NCBI GenBank assembly: GCA_035084275.1
Contig: CM068747.1
Coordinates: 4,588,001 to 4,652,000 of the forward strand
DNA: 64,000 bases
Source of the DNA: Hydrolagus colliei
Lineage: Eukaryota
Direction: 5' to 3'
Of the stretch, positions 1-11,943 are shown piece after piece. The notes beneath the pieces were generated by a model, which searched no databases, was not told where the DNA came from, and was given only the letters and a program-made list of their open reading frames with translations. Every line of letters begins with the position of its first letter. The stretch's first letter is position 1. Made by a program: the position numbers and the translations under genes.

Positions 1-210
1 GAATACTCTTATCAATTTCAATGGAACTTGAAGTCAATGCTAAATTAATCAAACATTCTCGCTCTGTAGCTATGGCAAGGTCAGTCCTCAAATAGATAGC
101 AAACTGTGGCAACAATCTTCAGAGAGATTATAATGCTTCTTTATAACAATCCTTACATTTTAACAACAACAACAATTTTATTAGCACCTTATCACATCAT
201 CAAGATATCT

Positions 211-550
211 TAATAATAATAATCCTTGCATTTCACATAGCGCTTTTCATATCTTATCCACATCCCAGAGCACTTCACAGAATATACTGTAAAGTGAATT
301 GACTGTATATATTTGTGGGCGAATCGCAGCAGCCAATTGCGAACAGCAGTGTCCCACACACAGTCGTGGATTGAAATTACCAATTTTATTATTGTGTTTT
401 TTTTTGGAGGGATTATTATTAGGCGTGTGGAGTAAGGAAACTTGCCCAAGGTTTCACCCTGACCTGCTTGGATTTGAACATAGGTCTCCCCAGCTTGATC
501 TCCCCAGCTTAGAGCACAAGTGCTCTAACCACTGAGCCACAGGAGCTCCT
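211..550 (-). mobile_element. Full-length tRNA-derived SINE (dominant family) nested in an older SINE tail
   Basis: The minus strand reads GGAGCTCCTGTGGCTCAGTGGTTAGAGCAC (A-box) ... GTTCAAATCC (B-box) ... GAAAAGCGCTATGTGAAATGCAAGGA(TTA)n. CTTAA flanks both sides (209-213, 549-553), and the older tail resumes after 553. Confidence 0.9.
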
Positions 551-759
551 TAAAGGGCTTCACAGGATTTTACTCTGGAGCATAGTGATTATATTTGTAC
601 GCATCTATTATAGAGTCTACAGGGACAGAGTTAGGCAATATGATCCCAGAGATCTAACACATTGATGTTAACATGGCACAGAACTAGGGGAATATGAGGA
701 CACAGCATAATAAGCCTGAATGAAGACAGATGAAATGCAAATAGAAAAATGTGGAACAG

Positions 760-2330
760 ATGTCCATCAGTTAAAGCTTTGTTGCCTCTCCTCTCCCCTT
801 TGCTGGTTGACACAATCGAAGAGTGTCTCTCCTCAGGTTCTGTTCCCCTCCTGCTTAAAACCGCTGTCATCACTCCCCTCCTCAAAAAACACCCTCCAAC
901 CTTACAAATTACCATCCCATTTCTAAACTACCCATCTTTGCCAAAGCACTGGAATGCATTGTCACCTCTCCCTGAATTTGGTCCTCAAGCCCACCCCCCT
1001 CCAGTCTAATTTCTGACCTGCCCATAGCACAGAGAGTGCACTTGCCAAGGTCACGAATTATGTCCTCTCTCTGTGACCAGGACTCCCTCTGCCTCCTCGT
1101 CCACTGGGACCTCTCTCCCCTGCATTCAATACAGCTATCACGACAACCTCATCCACCACTTCTCCTCCCTAAAACACCTTAGTTTGACCCCACTAGCCTG
1201 GTTCGAGTCCAACCTCACAAATCGCCATTACTTTGTTTCTTATGGTTGCTGCTCCCTCCACTGCCTGATCACCTGTGGCATAACCCTGGGCTCCATCCTT
1301 GGCACCCTCCTCTTCCTCATCTAAACTTCCACATATATATGGATGACACGCAAATCTACTTCTCCTCCTCCAGCTGCGACTCCAAGTCCACTGGTAATCT
1401 GCTGGCTTCTCTGGCAGACATCAGGACTTGGATAAGCTAAAATTTAAAAAAACTAAATGTAAAACGGAAGCCACACTCCTTGGCTCCCATCAACCTTTTG
1501 TGTCATTCTGCTTTACATTCCTTGAATTTATTCAAGTCTCAATTCAAGACTGAAATTAACAGATTTCTTACGGATAATGGGATTAAGGTATATAGGGATA
1601 AGGCGGGCAGGTGGAGTTAGATTAGAAGATCAGACATGATCTAATTGTATGGCAGGGCAGGCTTGAGGGGCTGAATGGCCTACTCCTGCTCCTTATTACT
1701 GTATTATGTTCTTATGTGTCCTGCGGCTCTGAGCTCCTCAGCCTCCCTGACCTATCGTTCAGACTCCCCGAACTGGTGCGCAACCTAGGCATCAGGTTCG
1801 ACCCCCAGATGACTTTCCTTCCCAATATCAGGTCCCTAACCAGAACTGTCTTTCTCCACCTCCGCCACATTACCTACTTCCAACTATACCTTACACCAGA
1901 TGCTGCGAAAACATTTGTCTATTTGTTCGTCATCTCCCAATTCGACTTTTCTAATGTCCTCCTTGCCGGTCTCACCATGTACAATATCCAGCTGATTCAA
2001 AACTCCGCCGCCTGCATACTCATCTGCACTAAACTCTTTACCCCGATCACATCAGTTCTAGCCAGGCTGCGCTGGGCTCCCTATCACCAAACAGTTCCAT
2101 TTGAAGATCCTCATTTCAAATCCCTTCATGCACTGATACTTTCCTACCTCTCCCCTCCACCTTGTTCCTTCATTCCCTATCTTCAGATCATGCTTAAAGA
2201 CCTTCCTTTTCCACTGTACCTTCAATCACCTACCCCAAGGCTCAACGTCATGCTCTGCCACTGTCAAGCGCTCTGGGATACTACTCTGCGTGAGAGGTGC
2301 TATATAAATGCAAGTTGTTGTTGTTGTTAT
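760..2330 (+). mobile_element. Decayed L2-clade LINE (RT region to 3' end), interrupted by a CR1 3' end
   Basis: Peptides LLKTAVITPLLKK, HIYMDDTQIYF (YxDD) and VRNLGIRFDPQMTF are spread over several frames. Ends in the 3' hairpin plus a (GTT)n tail at 2265-2328. Confidence 0.9.
1530..1716 (+). mobile_element. CR1 LINE 3' end inserted in L2
   Basis: TTCAAGACTGAAATTAACAGATTT...GGGCTGAATGGCCTACTCCTGCTCCT...TATGTTCTTATGT, a typical chondrichthyan CR1 terminus (recalled). Confidence 0.8.
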
Positions 2331-3529
2331 TGTGAAGTCGTTCAGCTGGAGTTAGAAATGAATGAATGTATCATTCTCTACTGAATTGCCTTTGGTGTAT
2401 ACAGGGCAGGGTACCACGAGCTCAGATGCACAGTGGCACAATCTGTTTTAAAGCCTCATGATTGAGCGCACAGCTGTTGTTACACTTTATTTAAAGCTTC
2501 AAAGCTTGATCCCACATGAAACCCTGCTCAGTTAGCATCCAGAACAATTAGCCCAAATTGGTATCTTGACTGTCTTATTATCAAATGCAAGAATAATTTT
2601 TATCCTTGTACTATATGAAAAGTGAAAGAAGATGTTTCATGAGTCCTGGCCAACAATCCCCCCAAATTAAATTGGTCATTCATTTCATTGCTGTTTGGGA
2701 GGACATTGCTTTAAGAATATTGGACGCTGTGTTCACCTACAAAATGCTTAGGATACACAATACTGCACACCGTAGACTTTCCAGGACATCGTGCGAAATG
2801 TTTCGAGATGTTCTCCCAGCATGAAAGCTGCTCTATGAAATAAGGATTATCATTGCTTAACGTCCTGTTGGTGTCCTCAGCAGATCAACTGGGCACTTAC
2901 AGTTGGGAAAACATCCAGCTATTGCACAAACAGCAAATGGGATAACATCCATGTGTGTAGGATAATTACAGGAAAGAAGGCAGTTCCAGTATACATACTG
3001 GAAAAAAGTCCTGCCATTAATTAATGCCAAGTCGCATTTAAACAGCTGCATTCGTAAATTGCAGCTAATTTGTAGTTAAAATGGTTTAGCACATCGCTGT
3101 AAATGTTTGCTTGGAATGGGATGCTACATGGAGCAAGGATATGTTGATATGCTCCAAACTGGTAAAAACACAACTGGGGAAAAATCACCTATAGGCCACA
3201 TTTATTCTCTTTATCTAGCTCTTCAGCGGGGACAGAAATTGGCATATTCTTAAACAATAACTTTATTTTGCAACCATTCCCCCACCCCACCGTGAGTTTC
3301 TTTTAAGACTTACAGGAAACCGGTTTCAAGGTTAAGACCAAATCATTTTATTTCTTAAAATTGTAATTCTCCGCTGGGGAGACAATTGGTTTTATTTGTC
3401 GACAATAATCCTTTCATTGGGTGTAACTCCTTTCATATTGGGAGGACATCTCAAATAGATTCACAGAATACCCTGTAAAGTGTAGTGGCTTTCTACCCCT
3501 GCCCCTGGCTTGGTCCAATGATCCGTTGT

Positions 3530-3594
3530 TGTGAAGCGCTCAGAGACGCTGTCCGGCGTGGAGGGCGCTATATAAATCAAAGTTGTTGTTGTTG
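3530..3594 (+). mobile_element. 3' tail of a second L2-type family
   Basis: AAGCGCTCAGAGACGCTGTCCGGCGTGGAGGGCGCTATATAAATCAAA(GTT)n. Related tails at ~35662-35726(-), ~52022-52075(+) and ~62490-62548(-). Confidence 0.7.
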
Positions 3595-4162
3595 GCTGGG
3601 TATTTTTTAGATGAACAGTGAGTGAGGATATTGCCTGTGTCAGCTGCGTGCGGGAATCAAATGGATGGATTGGCAAGATTGCTATGATTAACTATGACCT
3701 TAACTGTGGCTTTTGGTTGATGGCGGGAACCAAAAGGCAAGCATTAAAGAATTAAAATCACATCATTGCATTTAATTGGGTTTAAATTTAGCCTTACCCT
3801 AAACAATTAAAAGGAAATTTGTAAGATTATTATTAGCCCTCAGCTAATTTCCTTGTAGCTCCCAGACATTCTGCAATAATTCAAATCCACTGGATGGCCA
3901 TGAGGTCTGCGTCTCTTGATGTACTTTTACTGTTTGACTGCTGATGTTAAAGATGGCTAACCTTTTAGTGTTTAATAAATAGGGAGAAATATTGGGATGT
4001 TCAACGGGCAGACATTTCTTGGTTTACAGTCTCATCCCCTCAAGATGGCATCTTCAACAGTGCCGAGCATCTCCAGCACTGCATTGGAGTGTTAGCCAAT
4101 ATTGCATAACCTCAAAGTCCTGTTGTGAGAGTCCTATCAATTAAGCTGGCTTCTAGACTCAC

Positions 4163-4237
4163 CTTTGACTCCTCCAAGCTGCCAAAGATGAGCTCACTAC
4201 CCCAACCTCTGGCGACGGAGAGCTTCGGAGCTCTCAT
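4163..4237 (-). CDS. Candidate first coding exon of an unidentified gene (MRAPKLSVARGWGSELIFGSLEESK)
   Basis: aacATGA Kozak context, 25 open codons, consensus donor AAG|GTGAGT (4157-4162), locally CpG-enriched non-repeat DNA. No homologue recognised. Confidence 0.3.
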
Positions 4238-4283
4238 GTTACTCGATTTATAGCGATCGGGTTAGTGTTACTTACTCGTGCAA

Positions 4284-4310
4284 TCAGCATGGGCAACGTT
4301 CATAGGGAAC
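4284..4310 (-). promoter_or_regulatory. Two adjacent RFX X-box-like motifs
   Basis: Minus strand GTTCCCTATGAAC and GTTGCCCATG versus consensus GTTRCCATGGYAAC, ~50-70 bp upstream of the candidate ATG. Confidence 0.3.
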
Positions 4311-4609
4311 GTGCATTTGTGTTCTCATTTCTAGGAATAAGCTGGTTTCAATGATCTATCGGACAAACAGTAGAGTACTATATTTGTTTTTACGGATTTT
4401 GTTTTGGTAGTAAATAGATTTGTGACACAATACGTGCAACAAAAGTTACAACTTCTGAGACACAAGTACTGTACGAGTAAAGTCAGACTGAATACTGTAC
4501 AATGATTCACCGCACTTCTGCTGTTCAAGCTGCGTCTAGCAAATACATTACTGTAAACTGTGTGCTGCTCTGCTCTGTTCATGGGACCTCATGCCCAAGA
4601 ATCTCCCTG

Positions 4610-4890
4610 TCCACTCGTGCTTCGGATGAGGCATTAAATCGAGGTTCCGTCTGCTCTTTCAGGTCAACGTTAAATATCCCATGGAACTATTCAAAAAGAG
4701 GAGCGAGTTCCTATCCTGGTGTCCAGGCCAACAGTCCCTCGATTAAAATTGATTGTTTCATGGCTGTTTGTGGGACATTGCTGTGCACAGTTGTGCTGCC
4801 GGCTTTGTCTACAAGTATGCAGTCACTCAATTTCACATTAAGTCATGTGTAGCACTTTGATACGTTGTTCAAATGCAAGGATTATTATTA
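4610..4890 (+). mobile_element. Old Deu-domain SINE (SacSINE1/AmnSINE-like)
   Basis: TTCGGATGAG..TTAAATCGAGGTTCCGTCTGCTCTTTCAGGTCAACGTTAAATATCCCATGGAACTATTCAAAAAGAG...GGCTGTTTGTGGGACATTGCTGTGC matches the recalled Deu domain. Confidence 0.75.
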
Positions 4891-5669
4891 TAACCTCTGG
4901 ACTTGCTAGTACCTGTGACTTGTTTGCCGTTTCGCACAGTTTATACAAGGTGGGGAGTCTGATACTAGCTGGTTTACTTCGGAAGAGGCGGGGAGTCTAA
5001 GGCTAGCTGTCTTATTTCAGAGGACGATGAAGCAACTGATGATGGCTGGCATATTCGGGGCAGTTTGCCAGTAAACCTTTAAATGATCTCGCAGACCCCT
5101 CCCTCCCTCTGGAACTCAAGCTGGAGTCGTTATAATTCCCTTTTATGGTAAAAAAAACACATCAGGGCTTGGATACTCCAGGCTTCCTTGAAATTATTCT
5201 AAGTATTAACAGGCCCTCTGTGCAAGCCTTCCCTTTTATTAGCTCTGCGTCTGGAAGCTGAGTTTACAAAGAGAATCCTATATAAAAAAAACTTTCTCAT
5301 AGCTGCAAATACTCTCAGATAACAAAGACTTTCCAATGATCAGCAACAGACAAACATTCTGATAAATAATGTTCCATTGCAACACAATTTACATTTACAT
5401 AGCGCGTTTCATATCAGGATCCCTTTTCGAAGGGATTAGCTTTACGCTAATGACACAAGCCAGGGGTGGAATCTGAAGAGGCCTAAGAGGGGGCAGATAA
5501 CCAAAAATAAGGTCCGAGAGGTAAGTTTTGAAACCTGTTGGAGCCGTGCAGAGAGCACAGTTAAAGTGCGACACTATTGAAAAAGAAACTGTTGTCTCTC
5601 TGCCTTCTTTGCATGAAAAATACTGTACTGTGTTAACTCTTTGGTGGCTGAATGTATTTCACCCCTACA

Positions 5670-5960
5670 ACGACTCACAGTCTAAGATGACATTCCAGGG
5701 CAGCACTAGAGGGGTGCTGCAGTATCAGAGGCTTTGCCATTGGGATTAAATGTTAACCTGAGTCGCTCTCCTGTCGGTCTGTTCAGGTAGATGTAAAAGG
5801 TCCAGTGACACCCTCGAAAGTAAGAACGGAGCTTCTCCCAGTGGCCTGGATAATAAATTCATCACTCACTAGTACATAGCCGTTCGTGGACGATTGCTGT
5901 GTGCAAATTGACTACTGTACACCACTTGCATGCAAATACAGTCACCACGCTAGATAGCAA
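5670..5960 (+). mobile_element. Old Deu-domain SINE
   Basis: GACATTCCAGGGCAGCACTAGAGGGGTGCTGC...GTTCAGGTAGATGTAAAAG...TGCTGTGTGCAAATTG. Confidence 0.7.
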
Positions 5961-6119
5961 TTCCTTGGGAAGTGGCGTGGTAGGCACAATATTAAATGGA
6001 AGGATGATTGTATTGTAAAATGATTATGATTCACGTGCACTGATTAAGAGATTAAGAAAAGAGGAGGTTTTCTCCAGATAATCATGAACTGACAATTCAA
6101 TTTCTGTGGAATTAGAACG

Positions 6120-6430
6120 AATTGGAAGATTTGCAAAGAGAAAATGAGCAGAGAAGATTTGCTAAGATGGCACTAACTTAACAATGGTTTGACCTATGAG
6201 CAGAGACTGGAAGAACTGAGCCATTTTACTGGAACAGAGAAGTTTGAAGGGAAATCTGATAAAGGTCTCTAAAATTATCAGGGGTTTCGATCAAAAGGGA
6301 GAATTTATTTCCACTGGTCAGTGACTAGAGTTGTGTAGTGTCTCAAAGCACTGCTCCATTATACAAGGCTATAGCTGCCTCAGAAAGAAGGTGTATGAGG
6401 TAGAGGTATACTTTTTATTAAAAAGAGCTT
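6120..6430 (+). mobile_element. Degenerate CR1 ORF2 3' fragment
   Basis: CAGAGAAGATTTGCTAAGATGG...TATGAGCAGAGACTGG...GGAACAGAGAAGTTTGAAGGGAAATCTGATAAAGGTCTCTAAAATTAT (QRRF...YEQRL...RSLKGNLIKVSKI-like). Confidence 0.65.
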
Positions 6431-6578
6431 GCATTTTTGTAGCGCCTTATCAAATAACTAGAACAATAACTTGCATTTATAGTATATACCTCCTTTACAT
6501 GGGTTAGCTTCCCGGAAAGGGCCATTCAGCCCTTTGAGCCTGTTCCTCCATTAGATCATGGCTGATCTAATTAGATCA

Positions 6579-6860
6579 TGAGTGAGGGGGTGGTGGGGGG
6601 GGGGAGGGGAGGGGTGTGCTCAGTGGAAGGTGGAGGGCAGAGAGGGTAGGAGGGTGGCCGCAAGTATGGTTGAAGAGGAGAATCTTGAGGCATGGCTTGA
6701 AGGAGTAAAGGGAGGGAGTGAGGTGAAGGAACTGTGAGATGGAGCCACAGGGTGAGGGCAGGAAGGCTGCTGAGCGGAGGGAGCTAGTAGGGAGAGGGGT
6801 AGGGATGGGATGGAGGGAGCAGGTGGTGAGCTTCATGCGAGTTATAGTGGTGGTGAGAGA
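6579..6860 (-). mobile_element. Decayed L2 fragments
   Basis: Minus strand KPCLKILLFNHTC (L2 C-terminus) and MKLTTCSLHPIPTPL (pre-RT region). Confidence 0.65.
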
Positions 6861-7739
6861 GGAGGGAGGGGGAGACATCTTTTTCAGCTTCACTGTTACA
6901 CTCAAACATATGAACAGTTGGTTAAGCAGAAATAAGAATTTCACCACCCACCTCCCCATTTCCATGCTTGCAAAATAGCAAATAGGGTCACAACTCTGGA
7001 ATTACATCAGTTTATGAGTGAGGAGCATCCCGATCTGGGCAACAATCAGTCAAGCACACCATTAAATTTATCGTCCTCTGAAAACACATGGTGCAAGCAG
7101 CCGATCTGCTTAAAGATAATACTATATTAAAAAACCACAAGATGTCCTGAATGAAACTTGGGGCTTATCTCCTAACATAGCGCAGCTCTTATAGCACTAT
7201 CCAGCAGTCAGTAGCTATTCCTCGCACATCAGTTATTTGTGTTCGATTGCTCCTTATGCTTCTGTGAAGAGCTTTACCAACTTGTTTTTATATAAACCTA
7301 AGCTGAGAATGCACTCAATTATTTACCCCCCCCCCCCACCCCTCCTGTGGAAAGGGTGACAGTTTGGCTGCAGAATGGTATGCATAATAAATAGAAAACA
7401 AAATAATCATCTGTGGGTTTCAAAAACCTGTAGAGCATTAAACTCTGCAATTTATGGAAATAATGAGTTCTAGCTACAGTGAAGCACAATCTGGATGGAG
7501 TAATTTGTAGGAAACTGTACATTAAGAGCTGTAATATTATCCCCCTCAATGGAAATAATGACAGACCTGGCAGGACTCTGGTATTAGACTGAAAAGCTCA
7601 TTGTGTAGGAGGTTTGGAATTCAGCATGTCCATACATTTTTATGAATTCTATTTTTAATCCCAGCCTCAGGAAAAAAAACTCAAAGAAAATTCACAGAAG
7701 TTAAGAGGAAAGGATGGGCAAGTGTGAGATGGTGGACGG

Positions 7740-7980
7740 AGTAGCCGTCTGCCTGTTCAAGTAGATGTTAAAGACCCTATGAGACTGTTCAAAGAGAGAA
7801 GGGAATTTTTTTTCCCAGTGTCCAGGCCAAGAATCCCCAAATAAAATTGGCCATTCACTTCATGGCTATTTGTGGGACATTGCTATCCATAAATTAGTCA
7901 CCCGCATTAACACACTGTTACTCCACTTTTTAATGTCTTCCTGTCGTGAAATGCACAATAACAAATGCAAGGATTATCAT
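7740..7980 (+). mobile_element. Old Deu-domain SINE 3' part
   Basis: CCGTCTGCCTGTTCAAGTAGATGTTAAAGACCCTATG...TTGTGGGACATTGCT...CAAATGCAAGGATTAT. Confidence 0.7.
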
Positions 7981-8128
7981 CACAAAACATTAACATAAGG
8001 TTCATGTAAAAAGTTAATACAAATACTGTACCTATTTTATGTTCAATTAGTTCCTTCCAGGAAATCTATCCAACAGATCTAAAGTTGAGTAACTGTAGAT
8101 AGTGGAATCTGGCAAGAACCAATGGTTT

Positions 8129-8325
8129 TGGAGTCCTGTAGCTCAGTGGTTAAAGCACTTGCGTTACAAATGTGAGACCTGTGTTTGAATCCAGGCAGGA
8201 CAGGCAAAACCTCGGGCAAGTTTCCTTACTCCACATGACCAATAATAATCCCTAAAAAAAAAAAAAAAATTGGTCATTTCAATCCACAACTGTTTGTGGG
8301 ACACTGCTGGTTGAGCAATTGGCTG
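8129..8325 (+). mobile_element. 5' half of the dominant tRNA-SINE
   Basis: GGAGTCCTGTAGCTCAGTGGTTAAAGCAC...GTTTGAATCCAGG; stops at GCAATTGGCTGC and joins an L2 directly. Confidence 0.9.
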
Positions 8326-8886
8326 CTTATCGGCCTTCCCAACTCCTCAATAGACTACAGATGATCCAGAACTCTGCGGCCCATGTCGTCTACCGCCCCA
8401 AGCTCCGTGACCCCATCTCCTTCATTGTCCCCAACTCCACTGGCTCCCCATCAGCCAGAGGATTCAATTCAACATCCTGGTGCTCACATTCAAAGCTTTC
8501 CATGGCCTTGCCCCACCCTACCTCTGTGACCTCCTAACCCCTCCACCAACCTGCTGCTCCCTCCACTCAGTGGGCTGAAGCCTGCTATGTCCCCCAACCT
8601 ACTTGCCTCACCATCGGCGAACGAGCCTTCAGCCACTCTGCCCCTAACCTGTGGAATTTGATCTCACAGTCCCTCCTTGCCCCTTCCCTAGCCTCTTTCA
8701 AGTCCCAACTCAAGATACTCCTCTTTGATAATTCCATCGGTCACCCCAATTCCTCTCCTTTCCCTCAACCCTCCCTGATTCCGACCCCAGCTCGGGTCTG
8801 AAACATTGACTGTCCAGCACCTTGGGACGTCCTTCCAACTTGAAAGATGTTATACACATATAATTTTTTTTGTTGTTGTTGTTGTT
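8326..8886 (+). mobile_element. 5'-truncated L2 3' portion
   Basis: NRLQMIQNSAAHVVYRPKLRDPI; 3' hairpin and (GTT)n tail. Confidence 0.9.
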
Positions 8887-9449
8887 GGAAGGAGGCTTGC
8901 CCAAGGTTCCACCCTGCTCAGTATTGTAGTATTGCTCTTAAAGCATATGCTTGAAAAGAGCATCATGAATGAAAAGTTTTCTATCTCCCATTCTCCACAC
9001 ACTCTGCTCAACCGTATAATTGGGAATTATATTTGACTGGCAAGCTTCTCAGCCTTCAAGTGGTCCTAGTTGAGAAGTACCCTTTAAGGCTTGTGAGTGC
9101 AAATAATCAAGCACGGAGTGCAAATAATCCATTCCTGTAACAAAATCAATCAAAAAAAAAGTTGGTGTCTCAGATAAAATTCCATTAAAATTTTTGAAGC
9201 TGGTTGTAACTTGGAACTCCAAAATCCTATAAAATTTGAAATATTTTAGAAATTCATGGTGCACATCGCTCAATGGAGGGACACTTCCAATTTTAAGAAT
9301 AAAAAGACCTGTCAACTGGAAGAGTTGTGAAGGATTCTTAACCTCCACGTCCTTTAGCGCTGGAGGAAGGTCCACCCAAGTCAATTCTAAGTCAATCCTG
9401 GACCTCAACCAAGTGAACATTGACCAGAAAAACACTACTAGCTAAGCCA

Positions 9450-9624
9450 GAAATCACTGAGAACACTCAGCGGGTCAAGTAGCATCTATGGAGAAAGGAA
9501 AGTGAGTCAACGTTTCAGGTCCACAATCCTTTGTCAGCAATGGTGTCAGAACAGTTTTGAGTGTTCCCAGCAATTTCTGTTTTCGTTTCTGATTTCCAAC
9601 ATCTGCAGTATCTTGCGTTTTTGT
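9450..9624. mobile_element. Penelope-type fold-back element (internally deleted) with 14-bp target-site duplication
   Basis: TACTAGCTAAGCCA at 9436-9449 and 9625-9638. The body shares CTCAGC.GGTCA...GCATCTATGGAGAAAG...TCAACGTTTC with the other copies. Confidence 0.75.
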
Positions 9625-10891
9625 TACTAGCTAAGCCAAATAGCTTAAAGGAACAATATGTGCTCTCGTTCTATGATAGAACTAAGTGGAAATTATTTAC
9701 AGTGCCCAAAACCTGTGTCACCCGGCTGAACAACCAAACATAGGTACATTGAGTGTTAACCAAGACCATATAAGGGTCTTCATTCCAACCTTGCAAAATC
9801 TCACTTATACGCCAATTTATTACAGCATTGACAAATAATTAGTTGCTGCCAGACTACACTTGTTCATTGAGCATCAGAAAATTAGAAGCCGTAATCACAA
9901 TGCATTTTGTGCTTTGCTAAGAATATTAACTTAATGAAGCTCTTATTTAGATGTGAAATCAACAGACTCAACAATTTGCCTGTCATCTGGAGTCATATAA
10001 CCCCATATAATCAATCATCCAGTGTCTTAACTGAACAAAAAGCCAGAGCTACAAGTGCCAAGCTTCAAACATTAAATTGGCAGTAGGTCTAGAGAAGCTC
10101 CAAACTCCTTGCTGGTTCCGTCAACTTTCAGTTTACACACTGTGGCCAATGCTTGCGGTTAATTTACAAAGTTAATACAGTCAACACACTTTACTGTAAA
10201 TCCTGCAAAGTCCTCTGAGATTTTTGACAACGTGATACTACTCTATTTCAAACCAAAAGGTTATTAGAAGTTCACAAAAGGATTTGTAGCAAGTGGATCC
10301 TGCAGGTAACCCGATGCCTGTGGCTTAACCTCCAGAAAATCACTCGGACACCAATCTCTTGCTGGCCCCCTGGAGCTGCCCCTTTGGCCGTAACCTGGTT
10401 CATGGCAGATACAATTGACACATTTGGGGTCCTCAGAAGTTACAGATTGCAAAACTTTTCACAAATTAGCCTATACTATACTAGTAAAGCTTACATACTA
10501 ACTAAAAATACTACACCTTAAACTCTGGATTTGGTAAGCAGCGGAGAGAGTGCACAAAAGGAAATTTCCACGTGTAGGTGTCAAACATACATATGTGGAA
10601 CTCCCAGTCGGGTTTGGATACTCTTAAGCCATGTGATGAGGTTTTGCATGTGTTTCTAGTGTAATGGAGAGTTTACCCTGGCATGTTTTTGAGACCTTGG
10701 GGGTTTACTCAAAGCCGTCTTCACTCAATAACCATGTGCAATCACGCACTTCCTTAAGGTCGCTCTCTAGTGATCAGAAGCTGACGGAATTTGTCCAGAG
10801 TCCGGAGGTCAACTATAACTCCACTAATGCTGCTTCACCTGAGATCATCCAACTCAACACATACCAAGAACTGAACTTAGAATCTTGTCTC

Positions 10892-11123
10892 AAACAGAAA
10901 CAGAAAACGCTGGGAAGACTCAGTAGGTCAGGCAGCGTCTATGAAGAAAGAAAAGCGAGTCAACGTTTTGGGTCCATGACTCTTCGTCAGAATGCTCTGA
11001 CAAAGGGTCGTGGATCCGAAACGTTGATTGACTTTCCTTTCTCCATAGATGCTGCCGGAGTTGCTGAATGTTCCCAGCGATTTCTGTTTTTGTTTCAGAC
11101 TTCCAGCATCTGCAGTATTTTGG
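10892..11123. mobile_element. Penelope-type fold-back element with ~100-bp inverted arms and 10-bp target-site duplication
   Basis: Arms ~10892-10991 and ~10997-11095 are reverse complements. ATCTTGTCTC at 10882-10891 and 11124-11133. Confidence 0.8.
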
Positions 11124-11522
11124 ATCTTGTCTCCATGGCTCAGTGTTATAGCAATTGTTCAGTGATCAGGAGAAGTTACGCTTACTTCAACAAGTGGAAA
11201 GCATGTTTTTATTGTACAGTAATGCAATTGCACATCTTGCTGCTGTTATACACAGCAGGCATATTGCTCTTAACACATCGCAAAGCCAATGTTTCTGTTG
11301 GAAAGTTGATACTGAAATTGTCAACAAAACTATAAAAATGCTGCAGGAATTTTTACACAAAAAATGAGATAAACTACCCAACTGCCAATACATAATCCTT
11401 AAAGAAATCTTTAAAACTCACCTAGAAATTTCGTAATTTAAGTCAGTTTTATAATAGGAATTTGGGGTGTATTAGAGAAGTATACCCACTGTTAATAATA
11501 GCACCAAGATGTCCAGCGCCTT

Positions 11523-11845
11523 GTGGAGTCCTGTAGCTCAGTGGTTAGAGCACTCGCCTTACAACCATGAGACCTGTGTTTTAAATCTAAGTAGGTCAGG
11601 GCAAACCTTGGGCAAGTTGCATTACTCCACACACTTAATAATAATCAGTCCCAAAAAAACTATAATAAAATTGGTCATTTCAATCCATGACTGTTTGTGG
11701 GACACTGCTGTGTGCAATTGGCAGCCGCATTTAGCCTACAAATATATAGATTTAATTCACTTTACAGTATACTCTGTAAAGAGCTTTGAGACATCGAGAA
11801 GACATGAAAAAGCGCTATATCAAAATACAAGGATTATTATTTATT
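11523..11845 (+). mobile_element. Full-length dominant tRNA-SINE
   Basis: A/B boxes, tRNA-like head with TTACAA anticodon loop, tail CAAGGATTATTAT. Confidence 0.9.
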
Positions 11846-11943
11846 ATGTCGCCTTGATTTGAAAGGTACTATACAATTGTAATTTGTTATTGTTATATTG
11901 TAATAATAATAATAATAATACTTGTATTTGATACAGCGCTTTT

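Noticed and set aside
210-449. Recurrent ORFs ending ...EKRYIKCKDYYY (also 11509, 28469, 42805, 45714, 51180 and others)
   Set aside because: Translations of the SINE consensus, not a gene family.
9049-9435. 128-aa minus-strand ORF with a DYLHS repeat
   Set aside because: No recognisable domain; the repeat comes from a 14-bp duplication (9095-9108, 9116-9129).
10664-11335. 223-aa ORF
   Set aside because: Reads through the Penelope fold-back insertion; no coherent protein features.
11523-11600. tRNA-Val/Ala-like sequences
   Set aside because: These are SINE heads: no proper acceptor stem, and each continues into the SINE body.
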